Assembly: GCA_964234715.1 (NCBI GenBank)
Contig: OZ174284.1
Direction: 5' to 3' (one strand)
Origin: Podarcis melisellensis
Lineage: Eukaryota
DNA: 64,000 nucleotides
Shown: positions 39,323 through 52,385 of the stretch, in pieces
Layout: every line of letters begins with the position of its first letter
Position numbering within the stretch: position 1 is the first letter of the stretch
Notes under the pieces: model-generated
Seen by the model: the letters and a program-made list of their open reading frames with translations, nothing else
Databases searched by the model: none
Told to the model about the DNA's origin: nothing
Position numbers and translations under genes: made by a program

Positions 39323-40370
39323 ATCTACTTACCTACATCTGGTGTCATGGGTACTCCAAAGCAAGCTGATCAATATAAATCAATTAAAAAGGCAACTTTA
39401 CAGCAGCACGAGAGAGCTGGTGTGTTTTTCAGCATTTAGCGTGATCTAGTGCTACGCTCTCAAAAGAAAAACAAAAAACCATTTGGGAAGGAATGTTTGT
39501 TTTACAGTGGTTGACCAAAAGTATTCAAGTGGTTATAAAAAATGGAGACAGCTAACGATCGGAGGTGCCTCTTACTCACTCTGAAACTCATTCACAAACC
39601 TTTGACACTGACTTAAGGTCAGTACCGATAAGGAGAAAGGCATTTCCCAGGGAGAAGCACCAGAAAGTCTGTATTACTTGAGTGGAAAAAAGCAAACAAA
39701 AGAAAAAAGCAAACAAAAGCAGAGCGGCACTCCTTATTGACCTTAAACGTAACCAAAGGGACGGACACACACACACACACACACACAATATACCAGGATT
39801 TTTTAAAAAAAGTTTACAAGCTCTAGTGAGGAACTTAATACCACATCTATTAATATTTCAGGTCCTGTGCGTCAGATATGAATGCTTCTGCAACAGCCTT
39901 ACAATTGAGGCATCAGCTCAACAAGAAGGGTGTAGGATTTTGCTTTCAGAAGAGTTCGTCCTTTAATAACCTTTAAAGGAACTCCCTTAATTTGTCTGGA
40001 GATGTATGTGGTTTCTCTCCCTTCTGGTACATCCTGCAATTGTACAGCTCTGTGAGGATTGTGCTGCGGGCCTTTGGTAGACTTACAGAGCAATCTAAGC
40101 CCCTGGTGGGCAGAACCAGAGTTTGATAGGGGGAATTATCCACTGTCTTATCCGGAGGCCTGTCACTTGTGCCAATCATGGCAGCAGTTTGTTGTTGTTG
40201 TTTTTTGGGGGGGAGAATATATTCTGGTTTCTTGCCTCTAGGCTGGAGCAGCAGAGAGGGGCAGATTGGGCTCATTTCCCATTACTGTATTATATTTATT
40301 ATTATTAATCGCCTACACAAGAGTTTCAAGGCAATAAAAATAGCAAAAAAAAACAGTTAAAAACACGCAA

Positions 40371-40462
40371 ACTCGCCCCGTCATACGGATTCAAACCGCC
40401 GACCTTCCGATCGGCAAGTCCCAAGAGATTCAGTGGTTTAGACAACAGCGCCACCAGCTCCC
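40371..40462 (-). mobile_element. Sauria SINE 5' head fragment
   Basis: Reverse complement of the first ~90 nt of subtype B. Confidence 0.85.
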
Positions 40463-40558
40463 AGAGATGGAAACAAAATTGACACCCAGTGCAAAACCTA
40501 CCAGTAGCTGGACTAGCAAGGATGATGATTATCATCATCATCATCATCATCATCATCA

Positions 40559-41148
40559 TTATTTGTTGCCTTTATATTCCTTTTTTCTCCAAGGAGTTCA
40601 AGGTGGTGTATATGGTTCTCCCCCTTCTAATTTAATCCCCCACAACAACCCTGTCAGGTAGTTCAGTTTGAGAGGCAGTGACCAGCCCAAGGTCACCCAG
40701 TGAGCTTTATGGTTGAGTGGAGATTTGAACCTGGATATCTTAGGTTCTAAGGGACGTGGGTGGCGCTGTGGGTTAAACCACAGAGCCTAGGATTTGCCGA
40801 TCAGAAGGTTGGCGGTTCGAATCCCCACGACAGGGTGAGCTCCCGTGCTTGGTCCCTGCTCCTGCCAACCTAGCAGTTTGAAAGCACGTCACAGTGCAAG
40901 TAGATAAATAGGTACGACTCTGGCGGGAAGATAAACGGTGTTTCCGTGCACTGTCCTGGTTTGCCAGAAGCGGCTTAGTCATGCTGGCCACATGACCCGG
41001 AAGCTGTACGCCAGCTCCCTGGGCCAATAAAGCGAGATGAGCGCCGCAACCCCAGAGTTGGTCACGACTGGACCTAATGGTCAGGGTCCCTTCACCTTAG
41101 CTTAGGTTCTGGTTTGGCATTCTCAGCCACTATACCACACTGGCTCTC
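40559..41148 (-). mobile_element. Old CORE-type SINE split by a Sauria SINE
   Basis: cacaacaaccctgt...gcccaaggtcacccag...gatttgaacctgg [insert] ...ccactataccacactggctctc; adjacent (CAT)n at 40530-40559. Confidence 0.75.
40751..41098 (+). mobile_element. Sauria SINE, full length (subtype A)
   Basis: TSD cttaggttct at 40739/41101. Confidence 0.93.
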
Positions 41149-41709
41149 TTCAATGGCTTCTTGGCCAGCCTATTTCTGCCTCCTTCACGTCCCACCCACC
41201 CTTTTTGGGGTGGGTACCAGCTACTTCCAGGGGCGTGGGGAACAACCACTCACACTTCAGGAGGGTAAAGTTGGGGATTTTGTGGCAGAGTGGGATTTAG
41301 ATCTGTCTTTTCCAGTTGGCTCTAAATTTACATATGCTACGCAGACCGAAAGCGCTTTTCAGTTAATAGAGGAACACCACCTTCCTCTTTACTACCTGAT
41401 TTCTACTCTCTGCTTAAAAGCCACCATCTGATTTCAAAGAGACTTCTCCATATGCCGTGCCCAGCAACTTGGAATTCACCGATTAGTAATGCATTGGCCA
41501 GCCAAAAAGCACTGGTTAAAATACATATTTAAAGTTATTGTGAAACAGTCTTTCCATTACAAGTAAAAAATGTTTTCTAAACCTGCCCCCATCCTCTAGT
41601 CTAGTTGATCATCATTTGGTGGAAAGACTGGGTTGGAGTCCAGATGCATTCCTGACTGGCAATGTCCTATGGAAAGAAAACAATGCACCAAAGAACCAAC
41701 TTGTATTGA

Positions 41710-43015
41710 AAACATAATCATCAACATTTAGGATTCCCTGAATCCTTAGACTTCCTCCCCCCTTCCATGGTTTCCATTTTCAATCTTTTTCAACTGCATA
41801 TATTTTCTCTATTTTTCTTAAAATAATCCATTTTTACCTTAGTTTTTAGTACATTACAAGTGTTAATCAAATCCTGCCAAAGTTTTTAGTTGTTTACAGT
41901 GTTCTCTTGGGTAAATTGTAAATTTCCCCCATTCCTTTTTGAAGTTTCTCTCTTCCTGGTTTCTGATTATCCCGGTCATTTTCGCAATTTTGGCGTAGTC
42001 CATTATCTTCATCAGCCATCAGTCTCTGGTCAGGACTTTATCTTCTTTCCATCTCTGGGCCAGTAGTATCCGCGCTGCTGTTGTCGCATACATAAATAAT
42101 CGTTTCTGCTCCTTTGGTATCTCTGCATCTAAAATTCCTAGTAAAAAAGCTTCTGGTTTTTCCACAAACATTTTTTTAAACATTTCCCCCCCCCCCAACT
42201 CATTATCATTTCCCAGAATGCTTTTGCTATCTTGCACGTCCACCACATGTGGTAGAACATGCCTTCCTTCTCCTTACACTTCCATTTGAAGCAGTTCTAG
42301 ACATCTTTGCTAATTTTGTAGGTGTTAAATACCAACGATACATCGTTTTCATATAGTTCTCCTTCAATGCACAGCATGCTGTAAATTCCTCCCTCCATAA
42401 CTTTCCCCAAGATGAAAATTGGATATTGTGCCCAATATATTTTGCCCATTGTTCAAGAAGGACACTGACAAACTGGAACGTGTCCGGAGGAGGGCAACCA
42501 AAATGGTCAAAGGCCTGGAAACGATGCCTTATGAGGAACGGCTAAGGGAGTTGGGCATGTTTAGCCTGGAGAAGAGGAGGTTAAGGGGTGATATGATAGC
42601 CATGTTCAAATATATAAAAGGATGTCACATAGAGGAGGGAGAAAGGTTGTTTTCTGCTGCTCCAGAGAAGCGGACACGGAGCAATGGTTCCAAACTACAA
42701 GAAATAAGATTCCACCTAAACATTAGGAAGAACTTCCTGACAGTAAGAGCTGTTCGGCAGTGGAATTTGCTGCCAAGGAGTGTGGTGGAGTCTCCTTCTT
42801 TGGAGGTCTTTAAGCAGAGGCTTGACAACCATATGTCAGGAGTGCTCTGATGGTGTTTCCTGCTTGGCAGGGGGTTGGACTCGATGGCCCTTGTGGTCTC
42901 TTCCAACTCTATGATTCTATGATTACCGATTTAACCTCTTCATCTTTAGCATTCCATTCTAGCAACAACTTATTGCATTTTAGAAAGTAACGATATTGTT
43001 TTTCAATAACTGGCT
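41710..43015 (-). mobile_element. L1-clade LINE 3' fragment (ORF2 C-terminus), interrupted by CR1
   Basis: Minus strand gives LLLEWNAKDEEVKS / WAKYIGHNIQ / [18 protein letters not shown] (cysteine-rich knuckle) / KPEAFLLG...AARILLAQRWK with frameshifts; ends approximate. Confidence 0.82.
42452..42924 (+). mobile_element. CR1 LINE 3' end, young, 5'-truncated
   Basis: Open frame FKKDTDKLERVRRRATKMVKGLE..YEERLRELGMFSLEKRRLRGD...WNLLP (CR1 ORF2 C-terminus); (ATTCTATG)n tail. Confidence 0.95.
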
Positions 43016-43022
43016 CCACATA

Positions 43023-43248
43023 CAGTGGTACCTCAGGTTAAATACTTAATTCGTTCCGGAGGTCCGTTCTTAACCTGAAACTGTTCTTAACCTGAAGCAC
43101 CACTTTAGCTAATGGGGCCTCCTGCTGCTGCTGCGCCACCGGAGCACAATTTCTGTTCTCATCCTGAAGCAAAGTTCTTAACCTGAAGCACTATTTCTGG
43201 GTTAGCAGAGTGTGTAACCTGAAGGGTATGTAACCCGAGGTACCACTG
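43023..43248. mobile_element. Tc1/mariner-type MITE family A
   Basis: TA-flanked; near-identical to 1906-2131. Confidence 0.93.
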
Positions 43249-45109
43249 TACTTAGAAATGCGCACACAGTTGGAGCACCTACTTAGAAAGAAAAGCATCG
43301 TGATCCCAGCAACCTTCACTTTCATAAATGATCTGGTTTGACCAAGTCACTTCTGTTTACACAGTTCAGTTCCCTTTAGCTGGATGCCCTTTTTCCATGT
43401 GTTCATCATGCTGTGTGTGTGAATCAGTTTGGGCAGAGCACACAGGAAGTCCCTGAGTACTCCCCTTTGGCAGGAAATTGCATCCAAGAAGCAAAGACTT
43501 GCAGCCAGTTGTCAGGTTTAGCCTTGCTTTGCCGCTTTGCTGTGCCACTGACCCTAGAGATTGTGCTGCACTGTGTTCCGGTGCAATTAAATCTGCTCCA
43601 ACCAGACGGAAATAAGCATGGAAAAGTGGTGCGTGCTGACGTCTGCCAAGAGCAACCTTCGCCAGTGAGCAAAAGAAGGGCAAGGAAGAGATTGTGTGTG
43701 CGCCTGGCCTTTTAGCTGCTTGTATTAGAATCATGCACTGCTATTTCTGCTGTTCCTGCCAACTGGCTGGCGGCCACTTTCTCTGTTAATGCTCAAGCAG
43801 CCAGGAGCTACCATGAGAGAGGAAGCCCCTACGCAGTTGCTGCGAGCTGCTCTGCCTGTGTCTGCAATGGAATTTGTAGTAGATCCAGCAACAAAAACAA
43901 AGCAACCCCATTGAATCAGCTGAGTTTTATATCTATATATAAAAGAGCAGCAACAACCAAAAACAAATGGAACAGACGTGTACAGTCTAGCCAAAGGTAA
44001 ACCTCATAAGTCCCATTTATTTTATTAGGAGAGAGTTAAGAACAAGGTGAATTGATTTAAATCAAGGCGATTTAAATAATGATTTAAGCTATGGGGTGGA
44101 ACTGGTTTAAATCAAGCTTTGCTTTTGTAATTCGTACATTTCTAGAACGAATGTGTCCACTAACCTGTGGCTCTCAACGCTTACAACGTACTGGATTTAC
44201 GACTAAATGGATCCTTTATACTATATATAGGATCGTAGTCTGACACTGTTGTTCATTCAGCCAGCATGCCTTTTGTGCTAAAGAATTATATCCGTTTACT
44301 GGAGGGGGGGGGAGCGATTGTGAAATTAATGAATTTTGGTTTGGTATTCTCTACACGTATGCAGCAGCAGTATGCAAATAACTTAACAGGAAGGACTATG
44401 CCAGGATGCAAAAAAAGGGGGGGGGATATTGAAAGTAGTTCCATGAGCTTGGCTAGTGTTTTCCTACCTCATTCTCCATTCCCCTCCCAACCCATGCAGC
44501 ATGGCAAACAGCTTTCGAAACTGAAAGGAACTTCAGAAAGCGGTTTGTTTTGTTTTGTTTTAAAACATAGCATGGTATGGGACAGAGGGAGACTGTTCAA
44601 AGAAAAATAAGTCAAAAATTCAGCTACCTCAAGTCTCAGCAAATCTTTGAATCCTTGCAAAAGCCCAGAATATTTCCAGGAGGAAAGACTTAATAGATCC
44701 TGGATAGAATGGTGTTCTTCCTGCCATGTCATGAACGGCAAAAGTTGTGAATGAGCAGGGTGAATGAACACTGATATGGCTGTAGCTCAGCTGGAGGTTT
44801 TGAGTAGGTTGTCAGCAATATGCAGATGGCGCATGTGTTGTCTGTGTTCCCTCTTCCTTGGGAAGTTGGGAGGATGTATTTGTTTCCTTCCTACTTTGTA
44901 GGGGTCTGTGTTTTGGTTTTCTCCCCTTATCTTTTAGGGTCTGAGTGTCCTATATTAGATGGAGGGCTACCTGCCAGGGATACTGTCATTAGTAGCCTGC
45001 ATGGTGAATTAAGCAAGGAATTGGTTCTTCCACTTCTAAAATTCTATGATTCTGCAAGTTATGCCTTAAGAGAATTCAAAGTTTGATTCAAAGTATTTGT
45101 AGACCTTGA

Positions 45110-45598
45110 GTTGCATCCAACTAAGTCATATTCAGGGACGCAGGTGGTGCTGTATTCAAAACCACTGAGCCTCTTGGGCTTGCCGATCAGAAGGTTGGCG
45201 GTTCGAATCCCCGCAACGGGGTGAGTTCCCGTTGCTCGATCCCAGCTCCTGCCAACCTAGCAGTTCGAAAGCACAACAAAAAGTGCAAGTAGATAAATAG
45301 GTACCACTCTGGTGGGAAGGTAAACAGCGTTTCCGTGAACAGCTCTGGGTTCGGTGTTCCGTTGCACCAGAAGTGGCTTCGTCATGCTGGCCACATGACC
45401 CAGAAAAACTGTCTGCGGACAAACACCTGCTCCCTCTGCCTGTAAAGCGAGATGAGCGCCGCATCTTCAGAGTCGTTCGTGACTCGACTTAACTGTCAGG
45501 GGTCCTTTACCTTTTTTAAAAGTCATATTCAGGGTAGACTCAGTAAAAACAAAAAGATTTAACTTAGTCATGTCCAGTGTGACTTGGTTGGATGCAAC
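45110..45598. mobile_element. Short palindromic MITE split by a Sauria SINE
   Basis: 12-bp TIR gttgcatccaac / gttggatgcaac; relatives near 27200-27279 and 37605-37700. Confidence 0.65.
45135..45517 (+). mobile_element. Sauria SINE, full length (subtype B, longer)
   Basis: TSD aagtcatattcaggg at 45123/45520; extra internal segments ggtgttccgttgc and aaaaactgtctgcggacaaa. Confidence 0.92.
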
Positions 45599-46821
45599 AT
45601 GTTGTGTTCAGATCTCATTTGAAATCGTGTTACTTTTTTTAGTGACAATATCATTGAAATTCAAAACAATAAAAGGTTCACTTTTTTTTAAAGAAAGTAA
45701 ATGCCATTTAAATAAGTGCAGTTCCATAAAATAAAAACCAGTTGATTTTTACTCATCAAGGTTATGAAGATGCAAAAAACCCCAAAACCACTCTCTCCTA
45801 CTGAGACTTAAGTATGCTTCGCTTTGGCGGTATTGCAGCCTTCATATTTTTAAAATCTACAAACACTCATCATAGCATAGCAGCACTACCAGCCAGAAAA
45901 TGATCTTGAATTAATTAAATATTTTTTAAATATATATTTTTTTTAAAAGGAGAAGCATTCATACATTTCTGTAGACTTGAATAGTTACTTTGTTAAACCG
46001 AAAGAGCTGGAGCAAGAGGAGAGGAGCGGGGCCTGATCATGAGCTTCATTACCATCTTTTTGTTAAGTTTAGAAAAAAAGCCATGAACTCAGACTGATTC
46101 CACTGTTTTATTAAGACAGGTGAAAAGGACAAGGCTGGTTGTCGTTTCTCCTTTACAATGGGAAATTCCTGGATTCTGTTTATGTAAGAAGTATTTGACA
46201 ATACAATGGCTCACCTTTCATATACATGCTGCTCAGGCATTTCTATAGTATATACCTTTTGGAGGAGTTGAACACTTGGGCAGGCAGATGATGCTACAGC
46301 AGAGAAGGCTGCGCTATAGAATACACCACAAACAAGCAGCCACCAATTTGCGTTGGGAGTTGCAAATCTGTTATTTAAGCTTTAATGGAGTTCAGAAAGG
46401 GTGCTCGCTGACCCCTAGGCTGCATTCCCATGTGAGGTTTCTGGAATTAGCTTAACTGAGTGTAAGGCTTGCACTTCTGTCCCATTTTCTAACATTCCTT
46501 TCACACCGCACATGCCTGGACAATCAAACCTTGACCACTATGCTGGCCATGTTGCGGTAGATGTCGTTCACACAGCAACCACGAGCAATGAACATCAATA
46601 GATGTCAAAGACTGATCATCTTATTTAATAGATCTAATACTTCATCTCACCCACATGCCATCCCTCTCCCTCAACATTCAATTGGTTTTTTTGTTTGTTT
46701 ACCTTTTTGGCATGTAAACGCGTTGTAAATGGGTTTCCCCAGAACAAGATAAAACAGAAATGAGTGCTGACCTTGCACTATATTCCAATGCATACCATTA
46801 GTTTTCTATTCCCTTTTCTAT

Positions 46822-47601
46822 TCATAGAATCATAAAGTTGGAAGGGACCCTGAGGGTCTTCTTGTCCAAAGCCTTGCAACACAGTAATCACAATTAAAGT
46901 GTGTCTGACAGATGGCCATCCAACCTCTGCTTAAAAATCTCCAGTGAAGGAGAGTTTGCCACCTTCCAAGGGGCTCCATTCCATTGCCAAACAGGCCTTG
47001 CTGTCAGAAAGTTCTTCCTGATGTTTAATCAGAATCTCCTTTCTTATAACTTGAATCCATTGGTTCAGGTCCTACCCTCTGGAGGAGAGAACAGGCTTGC
47101 CCCATCTTCCAAGTGATAGCCCTTTAGATATTTGAAGATGGCGATCATATCTCCCCTCAGTCTCCCTATTCTCCAGGCTAAACATACCCAACTTTCTCAA
47201 CCATTCCTCATAAGGTTTGGTTTCCATACCCTTCATTATCTTGGTCAGGGGTCAGCAACCTTTTTCAGCCGTGGGCCGGTCCACCATCCCAAAGACCATG
47301 TGGTGGGCTGGACTATATTTTGAAAAAAATATATGAACAAATTCCTGTGCCCCACAAATAACCCAGAGATGCATTTTAAATAAAAGGACACATTCTACTC
47401 ATGTAAAAACACTCTGATTCCCAGACTGTCCGCAGGCCGGATTTAGAAGGCGATTGGGCCAGATCCGGCCCCCCGGGCCTTAGGTTGCCTGCCCCTGATC
47501 TTGGTTGTCCTCCTCTGCACACATTCTAGCTTATCAGTATCCTTAAAGTTTGCCCAGAACTGGATACAGGACTCCAGGTTTGGTCTAACCAAGGAAGAAT
47601 A
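46822..47601 (-). mobile_element. CR1 LINE 3' fragment interrupted by a hAT MITE
   Basis: tcatagaatcata tail; similar to the reverse complement of 42452-42924; resumes after 47497. Confidence 0.88.
47246..47497. mobile_element. hAT (Charlie-group) MITE
   Basis: TIR caggggtcagcaacct / aggttgcctgcccctg; perfect 8-bp TSD atcttggt. Confidence 0.93.
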
Positions 47602-50600
47602 GTAAAAGTATGTGCACAGGTACAGAACTGTGTTGGGTTTGGAATTAGTAGCTTGTTGACTGCTAAAATTCTAGCTACCCATAGTGCTTGTCAAGTAGAC
47701 TTACTGGCAGCTTCTGGTTCATCTTTTAAGAGAGTAGCGTTGCAGCACAAATGAGCTACTTTAGACTTTTACTTGCCATTCACTTATTATGATAAGATCC
47801 CAGTATTAATGTAAAATGTGAAGAATTTGGGACGACTACTACAGTTGCAAATAGTTAATAGTTGGGCATCATATTGAATGGGTTATACAAGCTTTAAATA
47901 TTTGGGGATTTTCTTTCAGGAACACTTAGCTGCCCTTAAGGCAACAAAATCCAAAACTTCATGGGCCATTTTGAGTCTATTGGGTAATGGTGGGAATTTG
48001 GGTTCATCGGAAATGAAAATCCTTTGTCATGAAGCCTGTGGCCCAAAGAATCTGTGGCAGGGATTTGTGAAGCATGGGGTGGGGAAGAGATTATTTGGAA
48101 GTCATCCAAAATTCAGCTTCTTAGAGCTCTCTTGTACCTCCTTTGAGAAGCTCCAGCTGCTATGCTCAGTGCTGTAGTAGCACCTCCCCCATTCCCTTCC
48201 ATTAGGGCACAGATATATAAGGTTGTGTTCATATATTTGGATAAAGCTTTGTCAGATGTCACAAAATGGATTTCCTATAATAATGTTGCTTGATCAAAAA
48301 ACAGGGCCTGACAAGTGGAATATGAAGTGCAAAAATCTGTTACCTGGTTTTATGATTTATCCATAGATAGTTCAGCAAATCTAGAAACTTACTTGTTGAG
48401 GAAGAGAATAGACAAAATTTATTCCTTGCACTCTATAACTGGTTGCAGATTATTCAGAATTCCTGCTGAACTGTATGGTATTCATTTATTAAGACCGATC
48501 GTATTCAATAAATGTATTTGCAAGATTTAACATTCTATTTGTGCTAAAAAGCTTTTACGTGACTGAGATTTCAAATCATGCCTTCAACTTACTTAAATGG
48601 AAAATAACACTTAATTCTGGCTGATCAATGCTTTTGTATTTATGGCCAGAGTAAAATTTAATATATTGTATGCTATACTTTTTCTCAGTCTCTTTATAAT
48701 GCTACCAGAGCCAGATTTTAAAAGCTATCCTTGGAAACTACTCTAATTGAGATAGAATTTAAGGCTTTCTGAAACTAAATGGGGTTTGAGAAACTCAGTG
48801 TCCTAACATTGGGCCCAAACAGCAGGCTTTAATCCTTTGAAATTATTTTTGAGATGGGTATGAGTACTTGCAACTAAATTTGACCAACAGTCTATAATAA
48901 AGAATTATTATGCATATATGGAACATCTTTATAATTATATATAAAGCTCAAATATCAGGTCAAGAGGCCTGAAGGGACCCACGGGATTAACTATTCTGAC
49001 CCCTTCTAAGACAATATAACTATATATTAAAGTATCCATTACTTTCTACTTGATTGTTCTTTCTTCTTTTGATCAGTTTAAAGAACCACACATCTTGAAA
49101 CAGCCCGAAACTATTAGAGTAATAATTTCCTTGGCCACTCCACCCTGCCCAATTTCTCTCTCTCCAAGTTAATGATGTCGTGTTTTCTATCACTGACGTT
49201 CAGTGGAACTTAAAGATGGTTCATCATGGTGATATTCTTCGAGTGTCCCACAGATTTTCACAGACAATACCTTGTATGAGCCAATAACTATGGAGGCAAC
49301 TGATGCTTCTCAGCTGTGATTTTCACAACTATGGTGACTCATCTGTCAGCTGTCACAACCAGATAAATCACCCCTTAGTATCCATAGCTTCACTCCTGGA
49401 GAACACCGTTTACAGAGACATTATCTCCATAAGCGTGTGTGCAATTGCACTCTAGCATGTTAAATGATTATTTTACATGCGCAAACAAAAATAGCAACAA
49501 TGTTTTGCACTTTCAGAAGGGACCATCTGTGTGCAGAAATCCTTTACGTGTGCACATAACACTGGTCGGATTAAAGTGATTTTTTCTTTAAAGAATCATG
49601 GCATAAATGGGCGTGTTTAGAACTTATGCCTCTGGCTTACCTCAATATACATCTGGATCTTAAAAAACAATTCACTCAACAAGTAAATCCCCTTTTCTAA
49701 TCCAGCAGTCTTCTTTGTAACGCGCATTTCCTTGCAAACAGACAGATGGTTTTGTAGAATTATTTTCTAAAGGCCATGCTTTTATTTACATAGAAATAAA
49801 AGTAATTTGTCCAAATTTCTGGTTTGATCAGACATTTCAGATATGCCTCTGTATTTTTGCCATACCTATCTCCTCAGCTTTTGAGACTATTAGGCGGTTA
49901 CAAAACATAGGCATCCTCTTTCTCTCTTCCTGGAATGCAACCATGACCGGAAAAGGTTAGTAAGCATATTAAATTTCCATATTCCTAGCTTTTCAAAAGG
50001 ACTGTGGAAGGTAATTTGCAGGAAGCAGCCAAATCTTTTTGTCAGCCTGCAAAGTGAGCTGGATAACCATTCACAGCAATTTCTCGACTTCCTTAACTTT
50101 AGAATAAGTTGTGCATTGATCTTAACATTCCTCCCAGAGCTGATTTATTGTTCACCAAGTGTGGATGTGGTGAATTAAAAATAGTTTTACAGTTGTCTCC
50201 ATCTTTCTTCCTGTTCTGTTAGCAGCAGTGTGATCTCCAAACTGACTTCCATACACTTACACAGGCTTGTTTAAACTGCCATAACAAACACCATGTTCTC
50301 ATATTTCTTTTGCCGTGGATTGAGATCCCTTTATTATTACTGAGGAACGTTAATTGTGGTGTTTTTGTTTTTTAAAAAACAGCAACACTGAGAAATGTGA
50401 GCTCTATTTACAGATCATGCTTTGTAGGGCAAAAGTTAGAGTCTCTCTGTCCAATTACATCCTTCCTTACATCATGCCTTACCTTGTGCACACACTCCTT
50501 ACACACCTGAATATTTCCCTCTTCTGTAAACCATCTCCACCCTTCCTCCTCAAAGCTTGAAACTGTATTCCAGAGAGCAGCACAGAGATTCCACCTCTTT

Positions 50601-50602
50601 TA

Positions 50603-51158
50603 TTGCTGTTGCCATCTGTCTGTCTTGAGAGACAATGGAGTGCACCTCTGGGAGGGAAGTCAAAATGATGTGTTAGCAGCAGCAAAGTGATGTCCCCTGG
50701 GGCGCAAGCCTGGACAATGTATGGAAGTTCTGGGCTGCCCAGACGACAAGACCCTCCACTTGGCCTCTCTGATGTGGCCCAAAGGAAAGCAGAGAATACA
50801 TCTGGCACCAACTTGGCTGCCGGAACCACCTTAGGGACTCTACTCCAGATTTCTGTAGGGCTTACTCTTCAGCCTTTACTTCTCCTGAAGATACCCTGCA
50901 AGGCAGCAGAGGTTTAAGGGTCAGAGTTTTCCTTCTCCCTTGTTGATGAGCCCCATCAGCCCCTCACTTCCCTCTACAGCACGTGCAGAAACTGCCTTCT
51001 TGACTTGACCGCTGGACCACTATTGGTCTCGTCCATTCAGTCTGCCAGAGCCTCTTTAAAGGCAGGGGAAGTCCCTAACTCACTGAGGGTTTGAGACCCA
51101 TTGTCTACCCTCATCTGGTTTTGCCAGCCTGTCAAAACCAGCCAGATGGGCGAAGTAA

Positions 51159-51200
<42 letters not shown>

Positions 51201-51334
51201 GCTGAAAGCTTCTAGGAGCCAAAGGTGAGAGCTGAGTGCATGGTGGGGACCGAAGATGGACAAACTACCCCAGAAGGAACATGATATGTCCCCCACCAGA
51301 AGTACCACCCCTTCCCTAACACCCTATACATCCC
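50603..51334 (-). mobile_element. Probable non-autonomous RTE-clade retroposon, with an internal (ATT)n insertion
   Basis: Minus-strand 3' end ccattgtctctcaagacagacagatggcaacagcaa resembles RTE 3' ends (from recall); GC-richer than flanks; no ORF. Confidence 0.4.
51160..51200. repeat. (ATT)n microsatellite
   Basis: Direct reading. Confidence 0.95.
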
Positions 51335-52385
51335 ATTTCTTATTGCTGTAGGCCTCTGCTTTCCATCAGATTTCTCTTCAGATTATTTAAGGGTTGGCTG
51401 GAATATATTGGCAGGAATCCTGTATCCACAAATGAGGTCGTGTAGGAATCACTAGTAATGGGATTTTACCTGTGGCATTTATTGTTGTTGTTTCTTACCC
51501 GTCCTTCACCATAAGGTCCCTGGGCGGGTGATAGCAATTCAAAAACACAATATTAAAAACAGTTTAAAACAAATAACAGTCACAAGAATTGGGTGGGTCG
51601 TAAACCTAGATAGCCATTTGCAGATAATCTGTAAATGAAACGGCTGTCGCAGCAAGAAGGCAGAAGGCCATCTTGACTCAAGTGTGAGGAACATTTTTCA
51701 GGGTTGCACACCTCAGAGGCAACCTACTGAACGCTGCACACCAGCAGTGGATGTGACCACACACACACACACACACACGGTGGATAAAAACAACAACAAT
51801 TTTAAAATATATATATGTTTAAAAAATCAGATTTTTTAAATTTAAATCAGATTTTTTATTTAAATCAGAATTTTTGAAAAATTTAAATTAGATTTTTAAA
51901 ATAAAATGCTTTTGGAGGGGAGGAAAAATCTTTCTAAAAATAGTTTTCTATTTAAGTTGCATTATAGTCCAAAGGCCATTCATCAAAAATAAGGATTTGT
52001 TTTAAGTTTTTCATGTGTGCGAAAACTCAGTCTTTTAAAAATAATAATAATAATAATTGTTTAACCACATCAGTTAACAAACATGGATACATATGCCATA
52101 ATGTTATTGTTTTAGTTAAATAAATTGTTTAAATTTTTATTAAGGAAATGATTATTTTTCTCCTTTCAATGAAGTATAGCAGAAAAGTTGCCCAAATATA
52201 AACAGTTAACTTATTAAACCTCACAATAATTTCATAATTATCCATCTGTGTGTTTCTCATAGTATAAATGAATCAGAAATTTTTGATATAACTGAAAAAA
52301 ACTACTCTGAAAATTTATTATTCCAAAAACGAAACCTTCGTCTGGTTGCAAATACTAAGATTATACCAGCAAGAATAAATCAAGT

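Noticed and set aside
42419-42850. 143-aa ORF as a host gene
   Set aside because: It is the C-terminus of CR1 ORF2 in a 5'-truncated insertion
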